Assembly (NCBI RefSeq): GCF_038025025.1
Contig: NW_027117338.1
Location: 2,108,001 to 2,172,000 of the forward strand
Origin: Phyllosticta citribraziliensis
Lineage: Eukaryota
DNA: 64,000 nt
Direction: 5' to 3'
Below are positions 48,180 through 62,416 of the stretch, in pieces; position 1 is the first letter of the stretch; the number at the start of each line of letters is the position of its first letter. The notes under the pieces are model-generated. The model ran no database searches. It was given only the letters and a program-made list of their open reading frames with translations, and had not been told where the DNA came from. The position numbers and the translations under genes are program-made.

Positions 48180-49522
48180 GAGGAAAACGATCAGTTACAA
48201 GACCTTCTTACTCGGGCTGGATGGCAACGCGCCACAGCAACACTTTCCATTGGGACTGATCAAAGGCTGCGGATACCCAAGCACGTTGACAATGTACGCG
48301 ACGTGTCTGAAAAGACTGCTCGAACGTGGCCTTGGCGCCTGCCGGTCTCACCAACATCATTGATACACCTGCCGATGCGTCCTCTTTTGGATGCATTGGC
48401 GTAGATTGTACTTCTAATGCCTGTAATCTGCATGCTAGGGAAGAAGGCAGCCTTTGTTCCTGGCGAACGAGAATTTTCTCCATTGCATCTTGACCCGGCG
48501 TCAATGGCTGTCTTGCCTCGGGGACCACGTCAGCCCGCAGGCCCCTGTCCATGCAGATACAGCGCGCCTTTTCTACACTCGGCTTGTCAAAAAGAAGCGA
48601 TTGGCGGCACACACACAAAGCAAAATGGGCGTTTTCTTTTTCTCTTTTCTTCCTTCTCTTCCGCTTCGCGGCTCTCTTTTCTTGCTCGTTGCTGTCCTCG
48701 AGAGGACATTGCATGACGTGGTCTCTGCGTTTCCTGTTGGCTAGCATTGCGGAGCATTGGCATTGGCACGTTGTCTGTCTTTTGGTTGATTCCCTTTTCC
48801 TTCCCCTCCCCACCACAAGACACCCCTTTTCTCTACTTGCAAGCGCTGAAGCCGTCGTCTTCCCGCAGTACACATGATTGAGCTCTCTTTCAAGAGGGCG
48901 CCTCTTGAGCATATATTAATGCTTTGCCCCGACTTGACACTCGACTCATCCGACACTCTCCTTTGTAACATTTCCTAACTTCAATTCTTCCTATCCCGCT
49001 TGCTGCTCAGCCCTTTGTTTCCTTGCTGCTTTTCTCTTCTTGTTTTGATACCACGGCTTGTTGGCTTACTTGTGCTGGGCAGCCAGACAGCGAGAATTAA
49101 AACAACTCTTCTTCTTTCGCGTAGGCAGGAAGTCTTTTCTGCGGCAAAAAATTAATGGCAAGTTGGGGTGGAAGTGGTTGGCAAGGTGGCCGCCGTCTTT
49201 TTTGGTAGCTGCAAAAGAATGGATCACAAATTCCCGGGAGGCGGATTGACAGCTCACAATGGTGTAGTGACTTCATGTTGTATATGAACGACATTGATCC
49301 AAGCGGTGAGTAGGAGCATGCCTGACTGACGTCGGCGAGCTCGTGATGCGGCTGCGGGGCCAGGACGTCATCCGACGGCAGCGCGCGCCCAAACAAACAA
49401 CCAGTCCAAACCAGCCCTACGCGACCAGGCAAAACGACGTTAGCCACGCGACTTGCTGCTCGACTTCACATGCCTGCAACGCCCTCTGCCGCACGTCCGC
49501 AACACCACACCTTCGACCCACC

Positions 49523-51017
49523 ATGACCGACGAGCACCATCAAGATCCGAGCGCCACTGCGCACGCCCTGAATCACACGGACCCCGCCCCCGCGTCGCCA
49601 ACCGCTCAAGATTCGAGTGCGGCCAGTACCCAGACCAACAACGACAGCAGCACCCTCGGCGCCCAGCTCCACGCCACGACCATAACCATGGACGACGCCG
49701 CCACCCAGCAAGAACACAATCCGTCGCCAGCGCGCAGCAACAAGAGCGGGTGGGATGGCAAACTGAGGCTCGAAAAGAAGCCCATCATCACCAATCCCGA
49801 GGCGCTCTCCGACCCCGAGTACTCAGACGAAGATGCACCTCCCGTGGACGTGATTGATGCCGACGAAGGTGTGTGGGAACACGAGATGGCTCCTGGCGAG
49901 AGAGGCTGACGTTGTACGGTCTGTAGATTTGTTGGAAGACTACGAAGAGGATACAGATGTGAGGATACCGTCCTGATTGAGTGCTGAGACACCAGCTAAC
50001 ACTCGAGAGTAGCAAATCGACCTCATCCACTGCAAAATCACATCCATCCCCGCCCTCCACCTCGACCGCTTCAAGAAGCTCGAGCGCCTCTCGCTGCGCC
50101 AAAACCAAATCTCAGACATTGATTTCCCACAAGAAATTGGCACGACGCTGCAAGAGCTGGACCTATACGACAACTTGATTGCGCATATTCGCGGGCTGGA
50201 ACAATTCGTCGAGATGAACAACCTGGATCTCTCGTTCAACAAGATCAAGCACATCAAGCGCGTTAACCACATGAAAAAGCTGCGCGACCTCTATTTCGTG
50301 CAGAACAAGATTAGCGCGATTGAGAACCTCGAGGGTTTGACGCAGCTGCGCAACCTCGAGCTCGGCGCAAACAGGATCCGCACGATTGAGAATCTCGAGA
50401 CGCTGACGGGCCTGGAGGAGCTCTGGCTGGGCAAGAACAAGATCACGGAGATCAAGGTACACCTGCCTGTCGACGCGAAGTCTGCTGCGGATGTCAAGCT
50501 AACATACGGCACAAACAGGGCCTCGACACGCTCCAAAACCTCAAGATCCTCTCCATCCAATCCAACCGGCTAACATCGATAACGGGCCTCTCATCGCTGC
50601 CGCAACTCGAAGAGCTGCACATCTCTCACAACGCGCTCACGTCGACCTCGGGCCTCGAAGGCAACGCGAACCTGCGCGTCATCGACATCACGGGCAACCC
50701 CATCGAGCACCTGACGGACCTGGCGCCGCTCGCGAACCTCGAGGAGTTTTGGGCCTCGTACTGCCAGCTGTCCGACTTTGCCGAGGTCGAGCGCGAGCTC
50801 GCCGACAAGGAGAACCTCGAGACGGTCTACTTTGAGGGCAACCCGCTGCAGACGAGGCAGCCGGCCTTGTATCGCAACAAGGTCCGCCTGGCGCTGCCGA
50901 GGGTGAGGCAGATTGATGCGAGTGAGTTTTGTCCCTTCCTTCCTTCCTTGCCTGTGTCTGATAATGGATCCACGCATGCGTACTGACATCGCCTGTTCAG
51001 CTTTTGTGAGGCTTTAG
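49523..51017 (+). CDS. SDS22: Protein phosphatase 1 regulatory subunit Sds22 (leucine-rich repeats), 5 exons
   Basis: LRRs LSLRQNQI, LDLYDNLI, LDLSFNKIKHI, LELGANRI and LWLGKNKI. C-terminal cap VYFEGNP...YRNKVRLALPRVRQIDA|TFVRL*. Confidence 0.95.
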
Positions 51018-52292
51018 CCCGCTACTCGTCCGCTTCAGCGCGCCGTCGCCTCCCTCGTGACCGTCCCTCCCGGCGTCTTCGTTCTCGACACTTCTACGTC
51101 CATGCTCCCTCCCCCCTGACTGCATGCACGCCCCATTCTCCACGACGACCTGCACGCCCCCACGACTGCATACTCCTCGCCCGTCTGTCTCGTCATCACC
51201 GCCGTCACCTCCAACGAAGCCTGCCTGCATCCACTGGCGCTGTGGCCCGGCCGGCCCAATTTCCTGCTTGCTTTGCATATTTCTGGGCATAGGTAAGTAA
51301 GTGTCTTGTATATAGACAGAACAATGAATAGCAAATGGACAAAAAAAGAGAAAGAAATACAGTTCTTAATTGACATTAAGACGCTGACTGCGTTGCTCCT
51401 TGCTGCATGATAGCATCTGTCTTCCCATACGAACCGCGTGTAGAGCAGTGTTTTGCGTTGCGATCAGCTTGATCAATGGCGGAAAAGAAGCTGGCAGTCA
51501 TATGTGCATGTAAGAGTGAATTCAGAGTCTATATCTAAAGTGCAAATGGTAGGCAGGTGGTAGCCGCCGGTGAACATGGTCAGCAGCCGACGCGGAGCAG
51601 CAACTCGCGTCGCTACAAGTGGATCGATTCAACCACGAAACAAGACAGGTGCGTCTGACAGATCAACGTGAGAAAGAAGGAAAGATGATTTTTTACAGCT
51701 TCTCGCCCCGGCCCCGCCATCTGGACGTCAGTCGTGGCGTGCGTTCAAGTTGTTTATTTGGTCCGTATGTCGTCGAGACGTAATGCGTCCATCCGCTCGC
51801 GAGACGGCAAGAGGGAGGGAGGGGCGGAGAAGAGGATGGAGAGGAGAGTTGAGAATTTTTGTTTCGCGGCTCCCAAAATCACAACAACAACAGCACGCCA
51901 GGTCAGACCAGACCACGCCGCGCACATAAGACTCCGATGGAATGCTGAAAGAGCTTTGGAATCGCCAGACCAAAAAACAGGAGACAAAAACAAGTTGACC
52001 AGGCAAAGAGCTCGATATTCAAAACAGGCGGCAGAATTTGGATCAGAAGTTGTGGACGTAGAGAGAGATGGTGGGATCAAAAAGGTCGTTGGGTGTGGAG
52101 TTGGATTCGCGACCTCTACTACGTACGTGTGTAGAAGACGACGGAGACGGAGCGCTGGATGCCATTGGCGCGCTTTAGCGCGAGTGGATGTCCATGTGGC
52201 TGGTCGTGGGATGGGAGAAGAGGCGATATTAGGAAGAAGAATCAGAACCTGCTCGCTGCCTTTCCGAGGAGGGCGGCCCAAGGCACTGGAGC

Positions 52293-53019
52293 TTAGAAAA
52301 AGGTTTTGCGAATCATCTGGGGTATGTTAGCAAGACTGAAACCGGCGATTCCGTCCAAGGAAAGGCTTGGTGTTTCTAGGGTTTAAACTTACCGCCCAAG
52401 TGCCCGCCACACTGGCCACAATTGCACTCGAAATCGCCATGGGCTTCAGCCCTCTTGTGCACTTGAAGACCGCGCCACTCATGGCACCTGCGAGAATGCT
52501 GTTGGTGGTATCGTGCTTGCCACGGTAGTGGCCAATGGTGGAGTTGAAAATGTTGTAGACCATGGCGACGATGCCGGCGCTGTTGCCCAAGAATGGTCCG
52601 CGCCGCGTGACGGCGTTGAGTACGGCGTTGAGCTTGAGGCGCGGTGCCATGTTGGGCGTCGTCTTGCTCAGGCCTTCTGCCATTCCCCACGCGCCTCCCA
52701 ACGACAGCGCCGTCAGGTACGTTGTGCCGGTGCCATAACACAGATCATCGGACCAGCCGCGCGAGGGCAGGGCGCCATGCCGCGCGCCTGGTAGGTCGGT
52801 CAATGCCCCCTCTTCGATTGTCAAGTAGTCAAGCGTGTCCTCGTTCAGCCCTGCGAGCGGGTGCAGCGATGATGGGTCAAAGGCGCCGGGCGTCGAGAGG
52901 AATGACGAGACATCGGGAGCTGCTGGGGAGGCATATGAGGATTGGGAGGCTTGCGAGTCGGGGCTACTGGTCGCGGTCGAATGGGGCTTGGGGCCCGTGA
53001 AAGCATCCCAGATGGCCAT
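52293..53019 (-). CDS. TIM23: Mitochondrial inner membrane translocase subunit Tim23; intron 52317-52392
   Basis: LHPLAGL, LPSRGWSDDLCYGTG, LNAVTRRGPFLGNSAG, RGKHD. The last exon reads MIRKTFF*. Confidence 0.95.
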
Positions 53020-53509
53020 GATAGCAGTAGTGGTGGTGATGAGGTGGGCAGCAAGCTAGGAATCAGCCAAGAAAGTGCTGCTTTGGAGCTCAAAATTGAG
53101 GGCGGTGTGAGGAGATGGCGGTGTCGCAGTGGTGGCGCAGGTGGAGAGCAGCGAGGGGTGATGTCGGATGGCCGCTGTCGTCACGGTGTCAACGAAGGCT
53201 CTTTGGGGCGGTGATGAGGTCGAGAATCGGCGGTCCGGCCAAAATTATTTCGTAGCAAACCCGGCGCCAAGCCCGCCGCTGCTCTACAGGGATCCCGTCC
53301 CGACGCCAGTCCCGTGATTCCAAAATTTCCGACGGGACCTTACCGTACTGGCACTGGACAACTCTGTACTTTAGACGCGTCGCCAATCCATTAAACGCGT
53401 AGGATCTGCTCTACAACTTTCTCGTCGCGAGGAGACGACCGCGACCTGAAGCGACGAGTGTGTCGCGCGCAATCGGCCTTTTGGCCGCTTCCATCTCCAA
53501 CTACCCAAA

Positions 53510-56500
53510 ATGGCATCTTTTGAAGTCCCGCTGCCGTTGAACGACCTGCGGAAACTTAGCCATGAATTGAACCTTCATATCCCGGCTGCGGGCGCCGTCA
53601 CGGACCAAAGCGCAAAGTAAGAGGAATTATCCAGAGTCCGTGGCAGAGCCTCGACAGCACCAAACAAATACTGATTTTTGAACAAAGCCATCTTTCTGCA
53701 TTGTTAGACGCGTTGCTCAATACTGCCCATCTGATTCATTTACCAGCATCTCACAAATCTGCCGCCTGCAATCCTCTCTGTTCGATCCTGGAGAGGTGCA
53801 AAGGACATGAAGACGAGAGAATCAGAGCACTGGCTAATGTCACAGTGTTGAGCAAGCTGTTTGACATATATCTCGAGACATTCGACAATGCAAAGCCAAA
53901 GTCCATGAGACAAGTTCTGCTCACATTTTGCTCTCTGCTCCCAAAGGGACCCGATTCCGAGGAAAAGCAAGTGATTGTTGGCATCACCAACACGCTTTTT
54001 GGCATCCTCTTCCACGAGGCCGATAATTCCAAAGCGAAGCAATCTCTCCAGGCACTCTCCTATCTTGTCCAGAAAGATGTCTACTTTGTCGACGAGTTGA
54101 TTATGCTTGCCGACCTGGGGCGCCCGCCTACAGGCAGGGCCTTTCTGTCTGCGCTTATGGAGTGGGTTGCGCATCAGGACACTGCACAGACCGCAGGCAG
54201 CACAATTTGCGTCATCCTAGACTACGCAAAGCGCCAAAAGAGTGACTTGTTGAAGCCAGGCACGGACGGATGTCCAGTCTGGGTCCAGCCAATTCAAGAA
54301 AGCCTGTCAAAAAGACCCGGCGCGCTTGTCAATTTCAGGAGCCATGTCTTTCCAGATTTGTTCAAGTCATCTCTCTCCGATTACCTGCGTTTCTTGAAGG
54401 AAATGCGCCTAGAAAGCCACCTTGGCTTGAGAAGCATGAGTACGAAACAGGGTGACATGGAGGTCTCGATCCTCTTCACTTCCCTACAGGTTGGGAAAGA
54501 CATGGGAATCGTCCAGGAAGTTGGTACGTCAATTTTCCCATAGCCAAAGAGATGAAAGCTGATCGCCTCAGATTATCGATTCAACAAAAGCATCGAGATA
54601 CGAGACGGCTTGGTTCTGGTCCCAGACAAGCTGCTAGGAAGACTGCTGGCCCATGAGCGCCCACAAACACGGCTCTGTGCACTTGCTCTGTTGGTCTCTT
54701 CTTCTGCAGTCACAAGGCCCCTGTCATTTGGGACATTCGAAGCCCTAAAGCAGAATCTCTACCACTTTCACGCGGATACCGACGCAAACTTCCGTGGCGA
54801 GACTATGAGCTTGACTCTGGCTTTGCTCGATCGACTTCGGGCTGCTACGTACACCCTGAACCGGAACTTGGTGAAAGAGAGCGGAATCTCAGCGCAAGAT
54901 TTGTTGGAGGATTCGTCTATCCGCGGGTCAGAAACCATTGATATCCTAAGAGCGCACATTGACTTTGTCCAATGGCACTTGAGATTCTTGAGTTCTGAGC
55001 TCATTCCCACGGCGGCGTATCAGAGGCACATCTCCGCTCTCAAATCACTTACGCTGATCATGAAGTCTGGACTTGAGCCTTTGGTGCCCACAAATGTTTT
55101 GTCGAGGTCAGCGCAGGGTCAAGCCAAGTGGCCATTCGTTATCGATGTCCTCAGCCGGAGTCTCGTCCGGCAACTGTTTGACCTCATCATGGACCCTTTT
55201 GATGACGTTAGACACGCGTCTGCTTTCATACTCAAGCTTGGATCATCAGTCCAGGCCCAAGCAGACCAAGGATGTGCCCAGTTTCTACTGAACGGGGAGG
55301 ACATGATGCTGAAAAGTGGACGAGCTGATCACGCAGATGGTGTTGCGCGTGTCTATGATCTCGTGTTTCAAAGAAGACAAGAGGCCATAGCGCCTGGCTC
55401 CGAGGCCATCAAGACGCTTCCCGAATGGATGCACAGCCAGCGTGGTATTATTGAGCATTTGATATCCCGACTCGACCAAACCATTGCTGCAGCAAAACAA
55501 AACATGTCCATGGCTGTCAACGCATACCCCATGCATGGCACCCTTTCAGCCTTGAGGTAAGGAGTCAAGTCTTTCGATCGACTAGTCTGACACGAGTAGG
55601 TACATTGTCGAGCAACCAAAATTCTATCCATCTATTGCTGCCATGGGTTCTGAGGACTTGCAGATGTGGAAAGCTTTGCACGACCACATCCTCTCCAATC
55701 TTCGAGAGGTTTGGGACTGTGTCAAAAGCGTTCTCTGCGTCGACGCCCCCGAAGGATATGTCCCAGAAGACATGGAAGAAGAGCCGGATCTGACCACTAA
55801 AGACATTCTTAGCTACTCGTGGAGAGCTCTCAAGGAAGCGAGGTATGGAGCCGATCAATCTCGCCTCTGGCTGGCATTTGCTAAATTCCCCCAGCACTCT
55901 TCTGCGTGTCATCGTAGCCAAGGCACCTTTTGAAGTGGCTCAAGCTGGCATCCTCAGCCGGAAAGAGTTTGAAGATCTGGGCAAACTTTGCTTTACGCAG
56001 CTGGCGGAGCTGAGGCATCGTGGCGCGTTCTCAACTGTTGCCCAAACTTTCGCTGCTTTCTGTCTGCGCTGCAGTCGCTCCCAACACCAGGACATCAAAG
56101 CACTGCTGGATGAGTGGTACGGAGAGACGCTTCGTTGTATCCTTGACAAAGGATCTATGATCACCCGTCGGTCAGCTGGTCTGCCATCATTGGTTACTGG
56201 CATCCTGAGCGCTGCGCCTGAAGGTCCGCTGTTCAATAGGGTTATGGGAGACCTCGAAGCAGAAGCTAGCAATGAACCGACTGAGAATGCGAATATCGAT
56301 GGCAGCCACCTCCCACAAGTCCACGCTCTGAACTGCCTGAAGGATGTGTTCACCAACACCAAGCTGTCTCAAGTGTCAGAGCCCCACATGGGCGAAGGAC
56401 TTTCCCTTGCTGCGAGCAAACTCGAATCAAACGTGTAGGTATTTCCAAGATCTGCATGCTCGCTTGACTGACTCAAATGTAGTTGGGCCATACGCAACTG

Positions 56501-58998
56501 TGGCTTGATGCTCTTCCGCGCCCTCATAGACCGCCTACTCGGAAGCGGGACCACGCAGAATTGGAAGGAGACCGATCACCTGAGAATATCACGCCTCTCG
56601 TACAGAAAATATCCAAACCTCCTCGAAATCATCATTTCACTTCTCAGTCCTAGGTCGCGCGCCGGTAGTCGAAACGAATTGACAAGCACAGCTCTGGAAG
56701 GAGTGTTCCCGGCGTTGCAAATTCTCCAACGAGCAAAGCCACCCCCCGAAAGGAAGGAAGAAATCCAAGCCCTTGTTTTCAAACTGACTGCAAGCTCACA
56801 CTGGCATGTACGAGACATGGCTGCTCGTACTATTGCGTCGCTCCTGGATCCCGAGGAGAGAGTGGAGTGGTATCTCTGGCTGCTAGAGTTGCCTACCCAC
56901 AGGAAGAATGCCTTGCACGGAAGGCTTCTTGCGGCCCTTTACTTGGTAAAAGAACATGTCAAGTACATGTCGGCAACATTCAACAAACAAGATTTCATGG
57001 GTGAGCACAGCACGAACCAAACATTCTTGGGGAACGCTAACCTTGCAGACGAAATTGACCTCCTCAGCTTCGCTCTTCAGGAGCATTTCGATCATTTATA
57101 TGGCAGTTTCGACCGCCAGGCTGGAGTCACTACCCCTGAAACCCAATGTCCATTCACCAGGGCTGCATATATGGAAATTGCTGTCATTTTGGAAATGGCA
57201 TGGCGAGCGGCCTCGAACGGTACGTAGAATCAAGGGAGGCCCTGAAAGACCCAACTAATAGTGACAGATTATTCCTGGATAAGCGGTGGAGCCATGGGCA
57301 ATGATTTCAATCGCAAGATGATGGCATACCGCACAAGAATAATCACACCTGGCCCGGAAAAAATAGATCCCGGAGAAGCACTCTTACGACGCGCAGTAAT
57401 TCTGCAAATATTGTTGACTACGCCGTGGGATGGAGACCTTACTCCATTTGATCCATTTGGCGATTTTTACAAGCGAATTGCTCACAGGGATCCAGACACA
57501 TACCGCTCCTGCATTGAAATCCTGCTTCCTTTGTGGTCGGATCGCACTCGCGACATTACGAGTCAACCGCACGACGCCAACTTTGGCCGGTCGATCGGTC
57601 TTATTCTGAGCAAGTCGACTCTCAACACTGGAGATGTGGAGATACATTCGGCTATCCGTCAGGCTGTTGCTGAATTGGTCGACCACGGACTGCCGCTTGC
57701 TTCAACAATGCAGGGAGATGTCATGGTTGAGTTGTACGAGTGGAAGAGCAAGGGCTTTGGATCTCCGTCCTTGCAAGAAGCAACGCTGCGTCTCCGTGGA
57801 GAAATACTGGATCTGAGGCTAAAAGAAGAGGAGGATTGGCGGACGCTTGCGAGGGAATATGTGCTCTTCAACAACACGGTTGCTTGTAACCTGGAGGAGA
57901 CCATGGTAAGATTCCAATACTGTGAAACATTCAAGGAAGGTGATACTAATACAGTGATAGCCCTTTTCAACCAGATTCGCTGCAGTCTCTGCCCTGTCGT
58001 CTCTTCGTAGCGTCTGGCGAGAACCTCTCCATCTTCCTCAAGACCAGGCGCTCCCTCGTCTTCTGACGCTCTTGTCTCTCATCCAAACGACCTACACGGC
58101 GCTCAATGACGACGATGACGAGATTCGCGACAAGGCCACCACAATCGTCGCGCGCATCGTCGGCGCGTCGAACCCAGACACCGAGTTGATGCCCTCAATC
58201 GTTCCTCTGGCAGCAGCAGCCAAATTGCTGGCCCACACAGCCCAGCTCGTCGCCTCCTTCTCCCCTTCCTCGCTCCACAGCGACTCTCAGCTCCCACATC
58301 CAAGTCCCGTATCCATCGTCAACACGTTTGCGGTCTCGCGGCTTCTTTCTGCGGCCTCGCCTGCGCCCCCTTCATCCACCCCCTCGTCCTCGCCCCTCTC
58401 TGCTACACCGCACCTCAAGCCGGCCGCAGGCGCATTATCACCGCAGCAGCTCTTCAACGAGCCGCCCATCCCCGACCTCCTCGGCACACCCTTTTCGACG
58501 CTGCTCTCGCTTGCCGCAAAAGAGGACACGGCACTGTTTGCCGCCGAACGGCAGAACCTCTTTGTCGATCCGCTGCGCGAAATCACGCAGTGGTCGGCCT
58601 TTGTGTCCACGCTTCCCCTGCCGCCGCTCCCAACAAACTCATCACCAAAACATGACGAAGTTTCCTTCGCTACCGTCTCCCCCGCACTCGCGCAAGCACT
58701 CTCGACTTGGACGCTTGCCGGCCTCGACGCGCTCACGTCTCTCGCCCGCAGCCAACCGGACTCGGTGCTGGGATGGGGCAGCCAAGCCAAGATGACGACG
58801 CTGGCGTGGGCGGTGATTCGCAGCGCCGGCGTTGCACTGATCTGGCGGGTCCGTGGCGTGCGTGGCGTGTGCGGACGCGGCAGTGAGTGGATGCGTGCGC
58901 TGTGGGGGTTGAGGGAAACTTTGGAGAAGGCGGGCGCGCCGGCGTGGCTGAGTGAGGGTGTAGAAGAGGTGTTGTCTGTTGGTGTGAAGGAGACATAG
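53510..58998 (+). CDS. TRM732: THADA/Trm732 armadillo-repeat protein (DUF2428), cofactor for tRNA C32 2'-O-methylation; multi-exon
   Basis: ELRHRGAFS, ITRRSAGLP, LPQVHALNCLK, WAIRNCGLMLF, HWHVRDMAART, LNDDDDEIRD. Confidence 0.88.
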
Positions 58999-60003
58999 GC
59001 TGAGGGTTGTTTCCGGGAGGGGAAGGGATGCGGCAGGGTTGTATACTGGTTGGTCTGTAGATGGAAAATACGTGAGAAGGTCCTTTTTATGGGAGTCTTT
59101 CACTTCAGCAGCTACAATATTCTCCCTGACCCAGAGCGGCAGTGATAGCATATAGACATGGATTGAAAAGAAGTCAGATTATCGATTACAACTAGAGGTC
59201 CGAAACGACGCTGCTGTCCTCGTCGAGCATAAGAGTCCGTGCATATCCCAACAGGTCAACATCCGAAACCGCATCTATTCCGTACTGCAAGTCAGCCGGT
59301 TCCGCTGCCTCATGGAGTTTTTACACCTTTACGTCCCGTACCCTATCACTTTCTTCTATCGTCGTCTCACATCTCTCCCGACTGCCGATCATTCAGGACC
59401 AATGCTGCCTGCCCCTTGTCACGCCGATACCACGCCACTCCATGCCACAATCGCCCATAGTCTTGACCAAGAATTCGATCGCTGAATTACTGCTCGTCTG
59501 TCGCTCATTCCAATGTGTTTCCCATCGTCTTTCCTCTAAAAGTGAAGGATAGGAAAAGAGGAGAGGCATAAAAGCCCCCCCCAATGTGCCACCATGCACA
59601 TGCCAACCGGCCCAAATGCATGCATTCATACCATGCTTGCCATGCCATGCCATGCCATTGTGCTCCGTCCATTCATTCCCATCTCTTCTTAATCGTTCGT
59701 TCGTTAGGAATACTACTAAAAAAGTGCGAGTAAGGATTACAAATCTGAAAGCCCAAAGTGGAGAGATACGCTGCTGCCATGCTGTGCTTGGAAGACAAAA
59801 AACTGGGAAGACGAAGAAGAAGAAGAGAGAAAGGAAAGCTAGGGGCGTGAACGCGATTGAGCTCACTGGCTCTATGCTGTGCCTACCGTCATGCGCCGTG
59901 TGAGCGCGGTGTGATGAGCGTATCGTGACGCCACTACCCAATACTCGTTTATCCACAAGAGCATTTTGTGGGCCAGGTGCCACGCGAGCGTTGCAAGCGC
60001 ACC

Positions 60004-61646
60004 TCATGGCAAGACCTCGGACCAAATGTACGGGAATATGACGACGCAAGCCTTCCAGAAGACGCCAGCGGAGCTGAGTAGGGCCCAGGGCTTGAGCAAC
60101 ATCGGAGCGGTTGCAACGCGCAGCCATATTGCGTAGAGGGCGACGCTGAAGAAGTGGTAGAAGAGGACGAGGGGCTGGCGGATGATGCCGGCAAGTAAGC
60201 CGACGGGGCCCGAGACGCAGGAGCCGCCAAGGAGGAAGTACTTGAAGCAGCCGAGCTGGAGGGCTTTGAGAGCCGGATCTGTAGGCTCTTGTGTTAGTTG
60301 CAAATGGAGATTGGGGTGAGGAAGGAGATGGCGTACCGTCTGCGGCAAACAAGGCATACAGCGCCAGCGCGAGAATGTTGATTACGGCGGCCCAGTTTTT
60401 GCGCCGCCAATGAAACGACTTCATCTGCTTGAGAACAGCATTGGTGTCGGAAAGCATCGGAACTTTTTCCGGGCTCAGCAGTTCAGCAAGCAATACTACG
60501 TCGTTGAAAGCAACCGTCATGCCGCCACCAGTCAGTGGGTGCCGCATGTTCAAGGCGTCCCCGGCGATGACCAGGCCCGGGGTCCGATTTGTCGCGGGCG
60601 GCAAAAACGAGTTGGGCATGCTTCGCAGCTTGCCTGCTTGCAGAGCGCGCTCGAAGCTTGGCTGGACACATTCCGGCATCGCAGGAAGGACGACATTTTG
60701 CAAATGGTTCTTCACGCCGCCGTTCTTCACAGAGGCAGAGGGCAAGCCCTCGGGCACGTCAATGAGGGCGCGGGTTTCGTGTGTTCCAATCTGGTAAAGA
60801 AGTACCGGAGGACCGTCCAAGAGCACGACATGACCGTGATAGGGATTGGGAAGCTCGGCGTCGATGAGCTCCAGCGCAAAGAACTTGGAGCGGACTTGCG
60901 GGGTATGCGGATGGTGTTGCTTGCGGAACTTGGATGCATAACCGTCGGCGACAAGGGTGATGTGTCCGAAGTACTGGAAACTTTTAGGTTAGCAGCAAGT
61001 CTAAATGCTATTTCAGCTGCAGGGGCGGTGTTGAACGTACAAAATCTTTCTCGCCCTTGGTCGAACACTCAACACCCAACACCTGGCCTGTCCATCCATT
61101 TCGAATCACGTCCTTGGCCTCTGTCTCGACGACCGATACGTTAGGCTCCTTCATGGCAGCCTCCCGTAACCGCTGAATGAAGCGGCCGTGGTGGAAACCC
61201 CGCCCTTCCGGCTTTTTCGGCTTCTCATCGACCTCTTTGCCGTTGCCTTCGTCCACTATGTTGTGCGGGTAGGGAATATGCACCCTATCGCCGTGGTATA
61301 TGACCTCGTATCCGTGGCATGGAATCGCGTCAATCTCGTCCATGCAGTCCTCGAGACCCAGCTCCCGCAGCGCCTGCACACCACCAGGCTGCAATAACTC
61401 GCCGACGATGCGGTCAGGCATTTTGAGGCTCTTTTCGAGCAGGATTACACTGCGGCCCTGGCGCGCAAAGGCGACGGCAGCGGCGCTGCCCAAAACGCCG
61501 GCGCCAATGATGACGACGTCGGCATCGTGGTGAAGGACACGGCGTTCTTCCTTGGCGTCACGGAATTTGCGCTGGCCGTTGCTGGCGTAGGTCGACGAAG
61601 ACGAGGCCTCTGACGGAGAGGGCGAACCGTCGAGAATCAGTGGCAT
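60004..61646 (-). CDS. ERG1: Squalene epoxidase (3 exons)
   Basis: GAGVLG FAD motif, PDRIVGELLQPGG, GFHHGRFI, GDALNMRHPLTGGGMTVA, LFYHFFSVALY. Confidence 0.96.
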
Positions 61647-62416
61647 GGCGGTGGGGCGTTCGGCGCTCGTGTGCGAGGGTGGTGTGACGTTGGAGTGGCC
61701 GGCTTGGAGGTCCAGAAGGTTGATTGGACTTTGCGGCAGGCGCTGGTGTTGAAGCAGAGGGTTCGCCAGAGTCGGGGCCGCGCAGGGACTCGAGGGATCT
61801 TGACTTGAGCGAAGTAGGAGACGAAGTCTTTGGACGCGGGATATTGGCGTAGGGTGAGGCTGCCAATAATAAGGTTGCGATTTGGTGGCGCACCAATTGG
61901 CTGTGCAAGGGGCTTCCCCAAGGCGGTCTAGCATTCGCGCTTTCACATGCGGCTGTTCGGGCTTGCTGCCGTAAGTGGTTGCCTTGTTTTTCGCCCGCCG
62001 AATGTGCAGGGACCGGCCATGCTTTGTTTCTTTTGCCTGATGATGCGCCGTTAGGCCGTTGGACGATGAAATCACCACAACCACGTGCTCATCAGACCAT
62101 GATGCGTCCATGTCAATACTACAAGTCTACTCTTCTCCCGATCCAGCACGCTGTTCGAAAAGGACATTACATTATAAGAAAAAAATATACCTACCACCGC
62201 TGAGGCCACAATGAAGTCAAACCGGTCGTGTGAGCCTCAGGCGCTCGTCGACAATCCCAAGCCAAACCCCTGTCCCTCTTGCCGTGGTCCATAAGCCATA
62301 TCAAACGCATCCAAGAAGCCACAAGAACCAATTGTTCTGTACAAGTCTTTCTATCCCATTATAATGTTTGCCAAGCCATCGCATGTTGCCTGTCACCCAC
62401 CAGATTGACCACCCCA

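Noticed and set aside
5880..61646. Metabolic or secondary-metabolite gene cluster (ETFB, PDA1, cysA, ILV3, ERG1, methyltransferase)
   Set aside because: These are unrelated housekeeping genes with no backbone enzyme and no shared pathway.
61647..62111. 155-aa in-frame N-terminal extension of Erg1
   Set aside because: Not protein-like and overlaps promoter-type motifs. The ATG at 61646 has good context and a typical MPL start.
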